The notes beneath the pieces were generated by a model that made no database searches, was not told where the DNA came from, and saw only the letters and a list, made by a program, of their open reading frames with translations. Below, piece after piece: positions 19,492 through 30,155 of a stretch of DNA of 64,000 bases. Each line of letters begins with the position of its first letter. The stretch's first letter is position 1. The stretch comes from an uncultured Acidobacteriota bacterium (GTDB lineage: Bacteria; Acidobacteriota; UBA6911; RPQK01; JAPXNP01). The translations under genes and the position numbers were made by a program. Location of the stretch: contig CAVZRV010000035.1 in the NCBI GenBank assembly GCA_963777605.1, forward strand, positions 128,001 to 192,000. Direction: 5' to 3'.

Positions 19492-21463
19492 ATGCTTCAG
19501 CTAAAGAAGGGGGTCAACATTCTTTTCGAACTCGGGGGGATCAAGAGCCACCGCAGAGTTCACGAACTTTTCGAGGATCGCTTGGATGCGGAGAATCTTC
19601 GCAAACTGAAGTACATCGAAAACGACATCGCCTTGATGAAGATTGCCAACGCAATCGCCATGACGGAACCGGAGCACATCTTCATCAATACTGGTTCCCC
19701 GGAGGATCTGGAAACGATCCGCCGCTTCAGTTTGAAGAACGGCGAAGAGGAAGCTCTTGGGATAAAAGGCCATACTGTACATTTCGACCTTCCCGAAGAA
19801 CAGGCACGCATCGTTGATCGGACTTACTACATTATCAACGAGGGTTCCGACGTCAGCATCATGGCCCAGAAGATAGTCAGGGAAGAGGCACTCGAGTACA
19901 TCAGAGAGCATATGACGGGAATCGCCCGGGGGAAGACTCTCTTTGTCGGGTTCTACAGCCGAGGACCGATTGGAGCCCAGGCGGCCCTTCCGGCTTTGGA
20001 GATGAGTACCTCAGCCTACGTCATGCACTCGGCAAATATCCTGTACCGAAACGTCTACGAGCAGTTCGACGACGAGGTAGTCCGAGCCGGATATGTGATC
20101 ACCAATCTCCACTCCGAGGGACTGAACCGGCCGGAAGATCTGGCCAAAGCTCGGGTCTTCATGGACCGGAGTTGGCTGGTGACCTACTCGATGTACTGCA
20201 CCTATGCCGGCAATACGCTACTGCTCAAGAAGGGCAACCATCGTTTCGCCGTGGACCTGGCAACCTACTACAAGAAGGGATCCGAACTCTCCGAACACAT
20301 GTTCATTACAGGCCTGACTGGCCCCGGAGGAAGAAAAACCTATTTCGCAGGTGCGGCCCCCTCCGGCTGCGGAAAAACGACGACGGCAATGGTCGGCAGT
20401 GATTTCATCGGCGACGATTTGGCCCAACTTGTGGATCAATTCCACGGGGAGTCTGCGTGCCATCAACCCGGAATGCGGGATCTTCGGCATCGTCCGGGAC
20501 GTCAACAGGGAAGGCGATCCCAATCTCATAAAAGCTTTACGTGAGGAGGGAGCCGAGGTCATCTTCTCCAACATCCTGGTCAATGAGAACCGCGTGCCCC
20601 GTTGGGAAGGGGACGGCGATCCGCCTGCCAGTCGCGGCACCAATTTCCAGGGAGAATGGTGGGCAGGAAAGCAAGATGAGAGCGGGAATCCCGTCCCGAT
20701 TTCTCATCCCAACGCCCGCTGCACAGTTTCCTGCCAGGCAATCGGTAACTTCAACAGGGAGGCTGCCGAGGATCCGGAGGGGGTTGAAATCAAGATCGTA
20801 ACCTATAGCGGGCGTGACAGCGATACGATGCCTCCCATCGTCGTCGCCGAAAGCCCGGATCACGGCGTGGTTATCGGGGCCTCCATTCTTTCACAGGCCA
20901 CGGCAACGGAAGTCGGGGTTTCTGGAATCCGACGGCAACCCTGGGCGAACGAACCTTTCATTCCTGGTTCTCTGGCGGAGTACATGGACGCCCAGTTCAT
21001 GTTTTTCCACTCCTACAAGTTGAGACACAAACCGATCATAGCCGGCCTGAACTTCTTCCTGACCCGCGGCGCCCGCGGTGGGGAAGGATCGGGGTTGCTC
21101 GGTGAAAAGCGTGACGTCAGGGCATGGATGAACTGGCTCGAGCGGAGAGCTCACGGCGAAGTTGAAACGATTCGAACTCCCATCGGCCTGATTCCCAGAT
21201 ACGAGGACCTCAAGCCTCTCTTCGCAGAGATCGGCAAGGAGTATCCGGAAGAACTCTACGACAAGCAGTTCGCCCTCTACATTGACAATATTCTGGCCAA
21301 GATATCCCTGCAAAAGAAGGCGTGGGGTCAGGAAAGGGAAATCTCCTGGAGACTGTTCGAGATTTACGATGAACAGCGGATCGAACTGGAGGCCCTGAGG
21401 AAGCAATCCGGCCCGATCGTTTCGGCGGCTCAACTGCGGGGAGAAACGCACCGGGAGAACTGA
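19492..21463 (+). CDS. pckG: GTP-dependent PEP carboxykinase (frameshift near 20428)
   Basis: YAGNTLLLKK, SEHMFI, GAAPSGCGKT, IGDDLA, INPECGIFG and SHPNARCT across two frames. Confidence 0.88.
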
Positions 21464-21740
21464 CCAGAGGAAAGCAACGGGACGTTGCGAGACTCCAATA
21501 GCCGCAATCGAATCGCTTCGGGGGCTGGTTGTCCACAAGGTGTCCCAAGTAACATCCGAAAACAGCACCCTCACAGCTTGAGACTCTGGAAGAACGACCA
21601 GATCGATTCCAACGACCCGCTCGGTGAGCGGCTTCCCGAGCAATCCGGCATGGGCCACAACCGGGAACCCAATCTTGTCGGGGCTCTCCAGATACCTATC
21701 TCGATCTGTGCCGTCTGACCTTCAGCCATGGAGTTGCTTG

Positions 21741-22721
21741 ATGAATACGGACAGTGACCACGACACAGACCCGACAAAAGGTGGCGCGCCTCATAGCGGA
21801 GAGGACATCAATCGAGATCTCGGCCTCGGCAGCCGGGTGACTCAAGAGAGTCGACAGCGGTTCCTCAACCCCGACGGCAGTTTCAATGTCCAGCGCGAAG
21901 GGCTCTCATTCTTCCGATCCCTCAATCTGTACCACTGGCTCCTCAGAATCGGATGGGCGGTCTTCTTCACTTTGATTGGTCTCTCCTACCTGATTGCCAA
22001 CGTCTTCTTTGCCGTTGCGTATCTCCTCTGCGGGAACGGGTCCCTTCAGAATCTCAGTGATCCCCCGATGGGTAGTCGGTTTCTTGAGGCCTTTTTCTTC
22101 AGCGTTGAAACGATTTCGACCATCGGATACGGGACCCTGACCCCACACGGGCTGGCGGCGCATCTCCTCGTGACTCTCGAAGCGCTGGTCGGCCTGCTCG
22201 GTTTCGCACTGGCAACAGGACTGCTCTTCGCCAGATTCTCCAGGCCGAATGCCAAGATTCTGTACAGCAAGAAGGCAATCATCGCCCCCTACCAGGGCAT
22301 CACGGCATTGGAGGTCCGGATTGCAAACGCCCGCACAAGCCAGCTGGTCAACGTGAGAGCCACAGTCTCACTGAGTCGATTCGAGCTCACCGGGGACAGA
22401 GTGCGGCGGAAGTTCTATGACTTGGCTCTGGAGCGAAGGGAGGTCGTTTTCTTTCCGCTCCACTGGGTGATCGTGCATCCTATCGATGAATCGAGCCCCC
22501 TCTTCGGTGTCACGAAGGAGGAATTCGACAACTCTGATCCCGAAATCCTGATCCTGATCACAGCGATTGACGAGACCTTCTCGCAGACCGTCCACGCCCG
22601 CACGTCCTACAAACACACCGAAATCCTCTGGGGAGTCCGGTTCGCCGATATCTTTCTCCCGACCCATGACGGTCGTATCGCAGTCGATGTGCGAAGAATC
22701 AGCCAAGTCGAAGAAATCTGA
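21741..22721 (+). CDS. KirBac-type inward-rectifier K+ channel
   Basis: AFFFSVETISTIGYG filter, GLLFARFSRP and HPIDESSPL. Confidence 0.93.
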   Translation: MNTDSDHDTDPTKGGAPHSGEDINRDLGLGSRVTQESRQRFLNPDGSFNVQREGLSFFRSLNLYHWLLRIGWAVFFTLIGLSYLIANVFFAVAYLLCGNGSLQNLSDPPMGSRFLEAFFFSVETISTIGYGTLTPHGLAAHLLVTLEALVGLLGFALATGLLFARFSRPNAKILYSKKAIIAPYQGITALEVRIANARTSQLVNVRATVSLSRFELTGDRVRRKFYDLALERREVVFFPLHWVIVHPIDESSPLFGVTKEEFDNSDPEILILITAIDETFSQTVHARTSYKHTEILWGVRFADIFLPTHDGRIAVDVRRISQVEEI

Positions 22722-23110
22722 GGGAGCCATCGGGCACCTTTGCCGGCAGCCTGGAACTCGTCGTCAACGGTCAGGTCGTGGCACGTACCGCGGGGCGCGA
22801 TATGAGGGAGTTGCATTTGAGCCATTCGCTCCAGGTCGATCGAAGTTCCTGGGTGGCGCTTCGGACTTTTGAAAAGTACGCACTGGACAATGTCTTCGCT
22901 CACACCTCAAGAGTGGACGGCCCGATCCATTTTCGAACCTTTACTGGATTGAGTTGCTGAAAGTCGATCCGCAACAGGTCTCGACACACCCGATCTCAAT
23001 CGGTGACTACCGGATTCGACTTCGGGTCAGTTCTGTGGCGCCTGCCCAGTAGATGGTGAACTCTCGGCGGATGACAAGGACCGTGTTTCGACGGCCTGAG
23101 TCGAGCGAAT

Positions 23111-24715
23111 TCAGATTGGCCGGATGATTCCCATGGCCTTGATCTTCGAAGACAAGGTGGTCGGCTTCATCCCGAGTAAGGCGGCAGCGCCTTCAGTTCC
23201 GCTGATTTTCCATGAACATGCTCTCAGTCCCGCCACGATATTGTCCCGCTCAAACTGCCTTATCTCCCCGGCCGTAAGGATCTTCTCAGACCCGGAGAGC
23301 GGCCTGGAATCTGGACGTCTTTTAACTGTTTTGGAGGATGGATTCGTCGAGGCCAGTTCGAAGGACAACCGGGCTCCCCGCTGAGAAATCAGCGCTCGCT
23401 CGATGACGTTCTCCAACTCGCGTACGTTTCCCGGCCAATCATACGCTTCGAGCTCGTGAACGTGCCTTTTCTTCAGGCGAGGCTGAGCGACAGACAGGCG
23501 CGATGCGATGTGTTGAACGAAGTAGGCGGTGAGCAGGCCGATATCTTCTCGGTGTTCCCGAAGGGGCGGGGTTTCGATGGGAAAGACGCTCAGGCGATAG
23601 TAGAGATCTGCCCGGAATCGTCCCCTTGTCACTTCGGCGTGCAGGTCCCGGTTGGTCGCAGCGATGATCCGGACGTCTACTGATCGGGACCTCTCCTCAC
23701 CGACCGGTTCGAACTCGCCTTCCTGAAGCGCGCGGAGCAGCTTCGCCTGCAGGCTCAACGGAATCTCTCCGACTTCATCGAGGAACAGCGTGCCTCCGTC
23801 GGCGATTTGAAACCGCCCGACGCGATCTCGCACGGCGCCGGTGAACGACCCTTTCACATGCCCGAAGAATTCACTCTCGAAGAGCTCTTTGGGAATCGTC
23901 GCGCAGTTGACGCGCACCAGCGGTCGATTCCTGCGAGTGCTTTTCCGGTGGATTTCCCGGGCGACCAGTTCTTTGCCCGTTCCGGTCTCTCCATGAATGA
24001 GCACCGTTGAGTTCGTGGGCGCAACGAGGTCGATCTGCTGGAGAACCTTCTGGATCGCCGAACTATGTCCAATGATCTTCTCTGAAGACAGCGCCGCTTC
24101 CGCCTCCTCTCGCAGGTACTCATTCTCGGCTTCGAGTCGGCTTCGCAGCCGCTCTACCTCTTCGAAGGCTCGTGCATTGGCGATCGCGGCGGCGGCGTTG
24201 TCGGCGAACGTCCGGAGCATGGCGAGTTCGGACTTCGTGATGCGCGAGCGGCTGAAGATCGCCAAGACTCCCAGCACCTCGCCGCGAAAGATGAGGGGCT
24301 GGCCGGCGAAGCAGCGGACTCCCTCGCTTCGGACCCAGTCGGGATCCCTGGCCCATCGGAGTTCCGAATCCAGATTGCTGAGCAGCATCGATTCCCCTGT
24401 CGCTCCGACTCGTCCAACTTTCCGGACTCCGAGTGGGAATCGGCGGAATTGGCCGTCCAGTCGAGTCGGCCGGGGTGTCGCGGCCTGCAGCGGCCGTCCA
24501 TCCGATGCGACGAGGTGAAGGCAGCTGGTTCGATCCGGGCACTCCTGTCGGGCCGGACACTGCTCGCAGATATCTCCAGGTCCAACCAGCCAGATGCGAG
24601 CCAGCACCGTTTCCCCACTTTCGGCAAGCCCGCGGACAATCCGCTTCAGGATATCCCCGACCGACCGCTCATTGGCGACCGATAGGGCCACCGCCTGCAA
24701 GAATTCGACGTTCAT
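23111..24715 (-). CDS. GAF-domain sigma54 enhancer-binding protein (FhlA-like)
   Basis: GETGTGKE, GSFTGA, LFLDEVGE, WPGNVRELEN and a C-terminal HTH; Cys-rich insert in the GAF domain. Confidence 0.93.
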   Translation of the reverse strand: MNVEFLQAVALSVANERSVGDILKRIVRGLAESGETVLARIWLVGPGDICEQCPARQECPDRTSCLHLVASDGRPLQAATPRPTRLDGQFRRFPLGVRKVGRVGATGESMLLSNLDSELRWARDPDWVRSEGVRCFAGQPLIFRGEVLGVLAIFSRSRITKSELAMLRTFADNAAAAIANARAFEEVERLRSRLEAENEYLREEAEAALSSEKIIGHSSAIQKVLQQIDLVAPTNSTVLIHGETGTGKELVAREIHRKSTRRNRPLVRVNCATIPKELFESEFFGHVKGSFTGAVRDRVGRFQIADGGTLFLDEVGEIPLSLQAKLLRALQEGEFEPVGEERSRSVDVRIIAATNRDLHAEVTRGRFRADLYYRLSVFPIETPPLREHREDIGLLTAYFVQHIASRLSVAQPRLKKRHVHELEAYDWPGNVRELENVIERALISQRGARLSFELASTNPSSKTVKRRPDSRPLSGSEKILTAGEIRQFERDNIVAGLRACSWKISGTEGAAALLGMKPTTLSSKIKAMGIIRPI

Positions 24716-24727
24716 CCGGTAAGTTTA

Positions 24728-24780
24728 GACGAAATCTCGTTTAACTCAAACGACATTTCGTTATTCAACGAAATGTCGTC
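24728..24780. promoter_or_regulatory. Upstream activator sites (three ACGAMATNTCGT-type boxes)
   Basis: GACGAAATCTCGTT, AACGACATTTCGTT and AACGAAATGTCGTC; the last two form an inverted repeat resembling the FhlA site CATTTCGTACGAAATG. Confidence 0.72.
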
Positions 24781-24849
24781 ACTGAAAGCGTGTTCCTCCT
24801 CCAGATTCAAGTCTTTAAGATTGAATTGCATAGCGGTTCTCCGATCGAT

Positions 24850-24864
24850 TGGAACGCCTGTTGC
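24850..24864 (+). promoter_or_regulatory. Sigma54 -24/-12 promoter
   Basis: TGGAACG-cctg-TTGC, with GG-N10-GC spacing, upstream of the NmrA-like gene. Confidence 0.8.
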
Positions 24865-24985
24865 GTTCTCCAGGGTCAACAGGTCACCTCCCGGGAAAGT
24901 AGCAACCCCTGGTCGAGGTGGCCGCCGGCGCTCAGAGATCAGCGCGCCAACCGCAAACACTCACGCAACGCAAAGGAGGATCACA

Positions 24986-25846
24986 ATGAATACGCAACAG
25001 AAACCCGGTCGTCCCACAGACTTCTCTCCCGTTCTGGTTTTGGGTTCCACAGGAAAAACCGGTCGGCGAATTGTCCGGCGTCTCCTGGAGACAGGGCACC
25101 CTGTACGCCAGGGCTCGCGCCGATCTGATCCGCCGTTCGACTGGAAGGATGCGGGCACCTGGGCCACGGTGCTTGACGGCGTCGGTTCGGTGTACATCAG
25201 CTACGCTCCCGATCTCGCTATCCCGGGGGCCACAGATGCCGTTCGTGCCTTCGTCGACTGTGCGAAGCGGCACGGGGTTCGCCGCCTGGTTCTGCTTTCG
25301 GGTCGCGGAGAAGAGGAGGCGCAACGGTGCGAGCGGATCGTCCAGCGTGCCGACGTCGAATGGACTATTGTTCGTTGCAGCTGGTTCAGTCAAAACTTCT
25401 CCGAAGGCGCCTTCCTCGACATGGTGCTTGCGGGCGAGCTGGCGCTCCCCGTCGGGAGAGTCCGAGAGCCGTTCGTTGATGCGGACGATATCGCTGATGT
25501 CGCTGTCGCTGCTTTGACCGAAGACGGTCATGCCGGGCAGGTATACGAACTCACCGGTCCGCGCCTGCTCACGTTCGCCGAAGCAGCGGGCGAAATTTCC
25601 AGCGCTGCCGGTCGCGAGCTCCGATATTTGAAAATCCCACAGGAGGCTTTCACGGCCGGTATCGCTGAGGCGGGCCTGCCCGAGGACCTTACGTGGCTCC
25701 TGAGCTACCTGTTTACCACCGTCCTGGACGGTCGAAACGCCTCGGTCGCCGATGGCGTTCAGAAGGCGCTCGGCCGTGAGCCGCGTGACTTTGCCGACTT
25801 CACCCGCGCCGCCGCCGCATCGGGCGTGTGGAATGTCCCCGCGTGA
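24986..25846 (+). CDS. NmrA-like NAD(P)H-binding oxidoreductase
   Basis: VLVLGSTGKTGRR, FSQNFSEG, FVDADDIADV and YELTGPR; AAGGAGG RBS. Confidence 0.92.
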   Translation: MNTQQKPGRPTDFSPVLVLGSTGKTGRRIVRRLLETGHPVRQGSRRSDPPFDWKDAGTWATVLDGVGSVYISYAPDLAIPGATDAVRAFVDCAKRHGVRRLVLLSGRGEEEAQRCERIVQRADVEWTIVRCSWFSQNFSEGAFLDMVLAGELALPVGRVREPFVDADDIADVAVAALTEDGHAGQVYELTGPRLLTFAEAAGEISSAAGRELRYLKIPQEAFTAGIAEAGLPEDLTWLLSYLFTTVLDGRNASVADGVQKALGREPRDFADFTRAAAASGVWNVPA

Positions 25847-25939
25847 AGTCGATTGGTGGCGGGACCGGGCTGGCGGAGTAGCGGTTCTCGGGACGACGGC
25901 CGAACCCTCGAGAGCTGTACTGACTTAAAACTTCAATTA

Positions 25940-26406
25940 GGATGAACTGGAAATCCTGGATGATTTGGGCGCGTCTGGACGGAGATTGAGGCGATCGGTG
26001 GAGAGCCAGGGCGCGATTATCGGCTGGATCCTGGTTCCTGGTCCGGTGCCAGACGTGGATGAGTGAGGATCACGGGATCGGCGCCGGGCTGGCCCCTGAA
26101 GGGGGCCTGTTTCCAGCCCAGGCATTTGCCTGGGTTCACGGCCCACCCATCAAGAATCCAGCCCTGAAAGGGCGGCACAGCTCTCCGGACGTGAAGAATC
26201 GGCGCGACCTTACAGGCCGCAATCGAAGTGCAGGACCACGGAGGGGCTGTTGCAAAAGTCGTTTGGACCGCAAAACATACCCCATATCTTGGGTTCAGTA
26301 GGACGGCCTCCCTATATGTGGTACCTAAATTGGGCCTTTTTGGAGTTTTGCAACAGCCCCCTGAAACCAAGGCGCCTTGTCCAGTTTCACTCTTTGAATG
26401 ATCCGG
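25940..26406 (+). repeat. REP/BIME-like dispersed element, copy A
   Basis: Closely matches the reverse complement of ~50920-51288; hairpins GGCCCCTGAAGGGGGCC, CCCAGGCATTTGCCTGGG and GCCCTGAAAGGGC. Confidence 0.85.
26243..26360. mobile_element. 118-bp MITE with TIRs GGGGCTGTTGCAAAA, nested in repeat copy A
   Basis: Perfect 15-bp terminal inverted repeats and an AT-richer interior; absent from copy B. Confidence 0.8.
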
Positions 26407-26660
26407 CGGCCCTCGGCATGGGATTTCGGGCCGACGAGGTCCGGAGCCAGGTGATCCAATACACCAGCTTCCGGTGGAACTCCCGCCTGGTGATTCAAAT
26501 CCGCCGACCAGTCAAAGAGGATCCTCATGGCTCCGAAATCAGACTTAGTAGGCCGGAATTGTCCGGATTCTTCTGCTATTCTTGAACAAGCGATTCAACG
26601 TTGCTTGTCGCGCTCCGACAACGCGGATGATGTGAACAATCCTGAGAGGACGTGCTCCCC

Positions 26661-28064
26661 ATGAAAACGATGGCCCTTTTCCTGCTCGGTCTGGCGGTCA
26701 TATCGATCGCGGCGGCCGGGACTCCGAAGTCCTTTTCCTTCGACGTCGGCTCACCGTTTCCCGCAGTTGTGCTGCCCTCGATGGACGGCGGCAGCCCCCT
26801 GTCCGTCGAGGACTTCCGCGGAAGGAAGCTAGTCTTGCACATCTGGGCCTCGTGGTGAGCGGGCTGCCGAAAGCACGTGCCCGGGTGGCACGCCAAAACC
26901 GAATCGCTTCAGAACGAAGGACGCATCCAGATGCTCGGGATCGTCGAAGAGCAGCACCCCGACCGTACACGCCTCTTCATGCAATGGAAGCAGATGTCCT
27001 GGCCGGTGATGGTCGACTCCCTGAATCTGCTCGGAGTATCTGGTGTTCCGACGACCTTCCTGATCGACGAGGCCGGAATCATCAGGGCGGTGCAGCCGGA
27101 TGACTCGCAGTTCCAGAAATTTCTCAACCGGCCTGCTCCAGGCGACTATGCCGCAGGTCTGCACCGGGAGACACAAATCCCGAATCTCGAAGAACTCGAG
27201 AAGGCTGCATCCGCCGGCAACGAAGGAGCGGAGGTCGCACTGGCCGATGCTCTCTTCCTCTGGCGCAACGGGAAGGAATCGCTCGATCGAGCGATCGAAC
27301 TCTACTCAAGAGCGCTGGTGCAAGCTCCCGACGACGGGGCGATCCACTTCCGAAGAGGCGTCACCTACCGAAAACGGTCGGAGTTGAGCGGGAATGCCGG
27401 TGATTTCAAGTTGGCGATCGAAGAATGGAGCCACGCGCTGGGGATCAATCCCAACCAGTACATCTGGCGGCGCCGCATCCAGCAGTATGGTCCCCGGCTC
27501 GACAAGCCCTACTCTTTCTACGACTGGATCCACCAGGCCAGAAAGGAGATTGCAGACCGAGGCGAGACGCCGGAGGCTCTGTCGGTTGAACCGGGCGGAG
27601 CCGAGTTCGCCTACCCGGCGAAAAACGGTGACGGGGGCGGCGGCGAACCGGTGAAAAACCCCGATCCTCGGGGTCGCGTCTATCGCGACAGCGAAGGACT
27701 CATCCGCATCCAACAGATCCCCGTCCCCGACACCTCCCGGGGTAACCGGGTGGTGCGAATCCATCTCGAGTTAGAACCGAACCAGGCCATCAAGGCCCAC
27801 TGGAACAACGAGGCGGGAGACATGCAGATCTGGGTCGATCCCCCGAAGGGGTGGACGACCGATACTCAACTCCTTCGCTACGAGGTCCCGCCCGAACCGG
27901 TCTCAGTGGAGCGCCGGTCGGTCGAGTTTGAATTGCACGGTCCCGAAGACGTCACGGGGCCGGCTTCGGGAAGTGCGTACGCGCTCTACTACGTATGCGA
28001 AGACGTCAACGGCACCTGCCTCTACCGCAGGCAGGACGTGCCGATCCATCTGGAGGTCGAATAG
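26661..28064 (+). CDS. Secreted TlpA/redoxin-like selenoprotein (WASW-U-AGC) with TPR and C-terminal Cys-containing beta domain
   Basis: ORFs 26652..26858 and 26877..28064 are in frame across TGA 26856-26858, which sits at the first Cys position of the thioredoxin WCxxC motif; hairpin downstream. Confidence 0.82.
26876..26892 (+). promoter_or_regulatory. Putative bacterial SECIS hairpin
   Basis: CGTGCC-cgggt-GGCACG; the loop starts 23 nt after UGA and has G at its second position. Confidence 0.55.
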
Positions 28065-28155
28065 CAGTTGGGACAACTGGAGAAAATCGAAGGTAAAGCA
28101 GTCGCCTTCCGTTGCGCCAACCCCGACTGCAAGGTCCGCCCCCAGACCGGCTCGC

Positions 28156-29667
28156 CTAGAGCGTCCAGGCAAGCCACTTCTTGAATACTTTCTTGACGAA
28201 TGGAGTCAGCCGGGTCCGGTTGTAGGCGTCCGCGGCCTTCCGGATCGCTTCGGCCTGGGTCGGGTATGGGTGGATGACCCCGGACAGCTTGCCCAGCCCG
28301 GCACCGAGGCTCATCGCCAGCGTCAGTTCGCTGATCATCTCGCCGGCATGCCGAGCCACGATCGTCCCTCCGAGAATCTGGTCGGTCCCCGCTTTCACGT
28401 GGATCTTGACGAACCCGTCCTCTTCTCCATCCGTGATCGCCCGGTCCACCGAATCGAACGGTTGGACATAGGTCTGCACCTCGATTCCCTGCTTCCGGGC
28501 GTCGGCTTCGTACATGCCGACATGGGCAATTTCCGGATCGGTATAAGTGCACCAGGGGATAATCAGGCTTCCGGTCCTTTTCCTGCCCAGGAACAGTGCA
28601 TTCTGGATAACAATCCGAGCCATCGCGTCGGCGGTGTGAGTAAACTTGTAGGGAAAGCAAACATCACCGGCCGCAAAGATCGACGGGTTGGTGGTCTGCA
28701 GCTTCTCGTTGACCCGGACCCCGGCCCGGGCCTCATAATCGACTCCGACCATCTCGAGGTTGAGATCGTCGACATTGGGGATCCGGCCCGCGCCAACCAG
28801 AATTTCGTCGACGTGCAGGTCGGCGCAGCCGTCTTCGAAGACAACAATCTTCTCCCCGTCGACCGACCGGACCTCCCGGATCCGACACCCCAGGACCAGA
28901 TTGATTCCGTCGCGCTTCATGGCATTTTGGACGATGAGGGCCGCATCGGGATCCTCGCGAGTGAGAATCTGTTGCTGCGCTTCCAGCACCGAGACCAGGG
29001 ATCCGAAGCGCTGGAAGGCCTGAGCGAGTTCGCAACCGATCGGGCCGGCCCCAATCACCGCCAAACGCTCGGGCAACCGGGTCAGGGAAAAGACGGTTTC
29101 GTTGGTCAGGTACCCGGCCTCGGCGAGCCCCGGTATCGGAGGGTGAGCCGCGCGGGCACCGGTCGCAATGACCGCCTTTTTGAAGTGGATCTTCCGGTCG
29201 CCGACTTCGATCGAGTCTTCGCTGTTGAAGCGGCCCTCGCCCAGGAAGACATCCACCCCGAGGTCGTGGAATCGCTTGACCGAGTCCTGCTTGCTGATCC
29301 CCGACCGAAGCCGCCGCATTCGTTCCATGACGGCTGGAAAATCGACTTCCACCGGTCCTCCGACGAGCACGCCGAAAGCCTTCCCGTCGCGCGCGTCAAA
29401 GGCCGCCCGCGCCGACCGGATCAGCGCTTTGGAAGGGACGCATCCCACGTTCAGGCAGTCGCCACCCATCAAGTGCCTTTCGATTAGCGCTACCCTGGCG
29501 CCAAGGCCGGCGGCACCGGCAGCGGTGACCAAACCCGCAGTGCCGGCGCCGACCACCACGAGGTTGTAGGCAGGGGCCGGCCGGGGGTTGACCCAATCGG
29601 GAGGATGGACGTTGGAGACCAGGGCCTGGTTGTATCGATCCTGCGGTTCGACGGTGACAGTTTGCAT
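28156..29667 (-). CDS. Class I pyridine nucleotide-disulfide oxidoreductase (MerA/LpdA-like)
   Basis: GAGTAG, GGDCLNVGCVPSK, GAGPIGCE and HPYPTQAE; lacks the MerA C-terminal Cys-Cys pair. Confidence 0.92.
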   Translation of the reverse strand: MQTVTVEPQDRYNQALVSNVHPPDWVNPRPAPAYNLVVVGAGTAGLVTAAGAAGLGARVALIERHLMGGDCLNVGCVPSKALIRSARAAFDARDGKAFGVLVGGPVEVDFPAVMERMRRLRSGISKQDSVKRFHDLGVDVFLGEGRFNSEDSIEVGDRKIHFKKAVIATGARAAHPPIPGLAEAGYLTNETVFSLTRLPERLAVIGAGPIGCELAQAFQRFGSLVSVLEAQQQILTREDPDAALIVQNAMKRDGINLVLGCRIREVRSVDGEKIVVFEDGCADLHVDEILVGAGRIPNVDDLNLEMVGVDYEARAGVRVNEKLQTTNPSIFAAGDVCFPYKFTHTADAMARIVIQNALFLGRKRTGSLIIPWCTYTDPEIAHVGMYEADARKQGIEVQTYVQPFDSVDRAITDGEEDGFVKIHVKAGTDQILGGTIVARHAGEMISELTLAMSLGAGLGKLSGVIHPYPTQAEAIRKAADAYNRTRLTPFVKKVFKKWLAWTL

Positions 29668-29723
29668 ATCGTACTCTTTACTTTCTCCCTGCATTCCATT
29701 GACTGATTCGGACCGCCCGGCAC

Positions 29724-29867
29724 TTACACCCTACGGCACTGAAGGCCTCTCAGATGCTCCTGAAGGTCCAACTGCCTCCCGAACCAGAACGAGGCGACCC
29801 GGGCGAGCAGCACCATAAGCGCTCGCGCAAGCGGCTTCACGCTCTTCCGGTTAACGCTGCTTGCCAT
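29724..29867 (-). pseudogene. Possible N-terminal remnant of a TVP38/DedA-like membrane protein
   Basis: Short hydrophobic ORF (…ALMVLLARVASFWFGRQLDLQEHLRGL) where such genes usually precede this reductase subfamily. Confidence 0.35.
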
Positions 29868-30155
29868 GACTGAAACTCCCTTGTCCGATCGTTCCCGGAT
29901 CTGCCCCGGGAACGCGTGTCTTTTCCGTGCGCGGTATGTTCTCGGCAAGTGAGTGCTCAAAGGTTTCCAGATTTTACAGGTTTCCGGGGTTAGCTATAAT
30001 GGCTCCCGCGCCGGCACCCAGATTTCTGTGAGCAAAGGCGAAGCCCGGCCTTGCCCGGGACGAACTGAGCGGATCGACTTCGCGACCTCGAACGGCATCG
30101 ATTGGCACATTGAGTCTCAGAGTTCCCGAAAAGATGACGTGGAAAGGTGGAAAGC

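Noticed and set aside
27928-29487. 519-aa plus-strand ORF
   Set aside because: Antisense to the well-supported disulfide reductase, a typical high-GC artefact.
28156-29667. Mercury resistance (merA)
   Set aside because: No C-terminal Cys-Cys, no NmerA domain and no merR/T/P neighbours.
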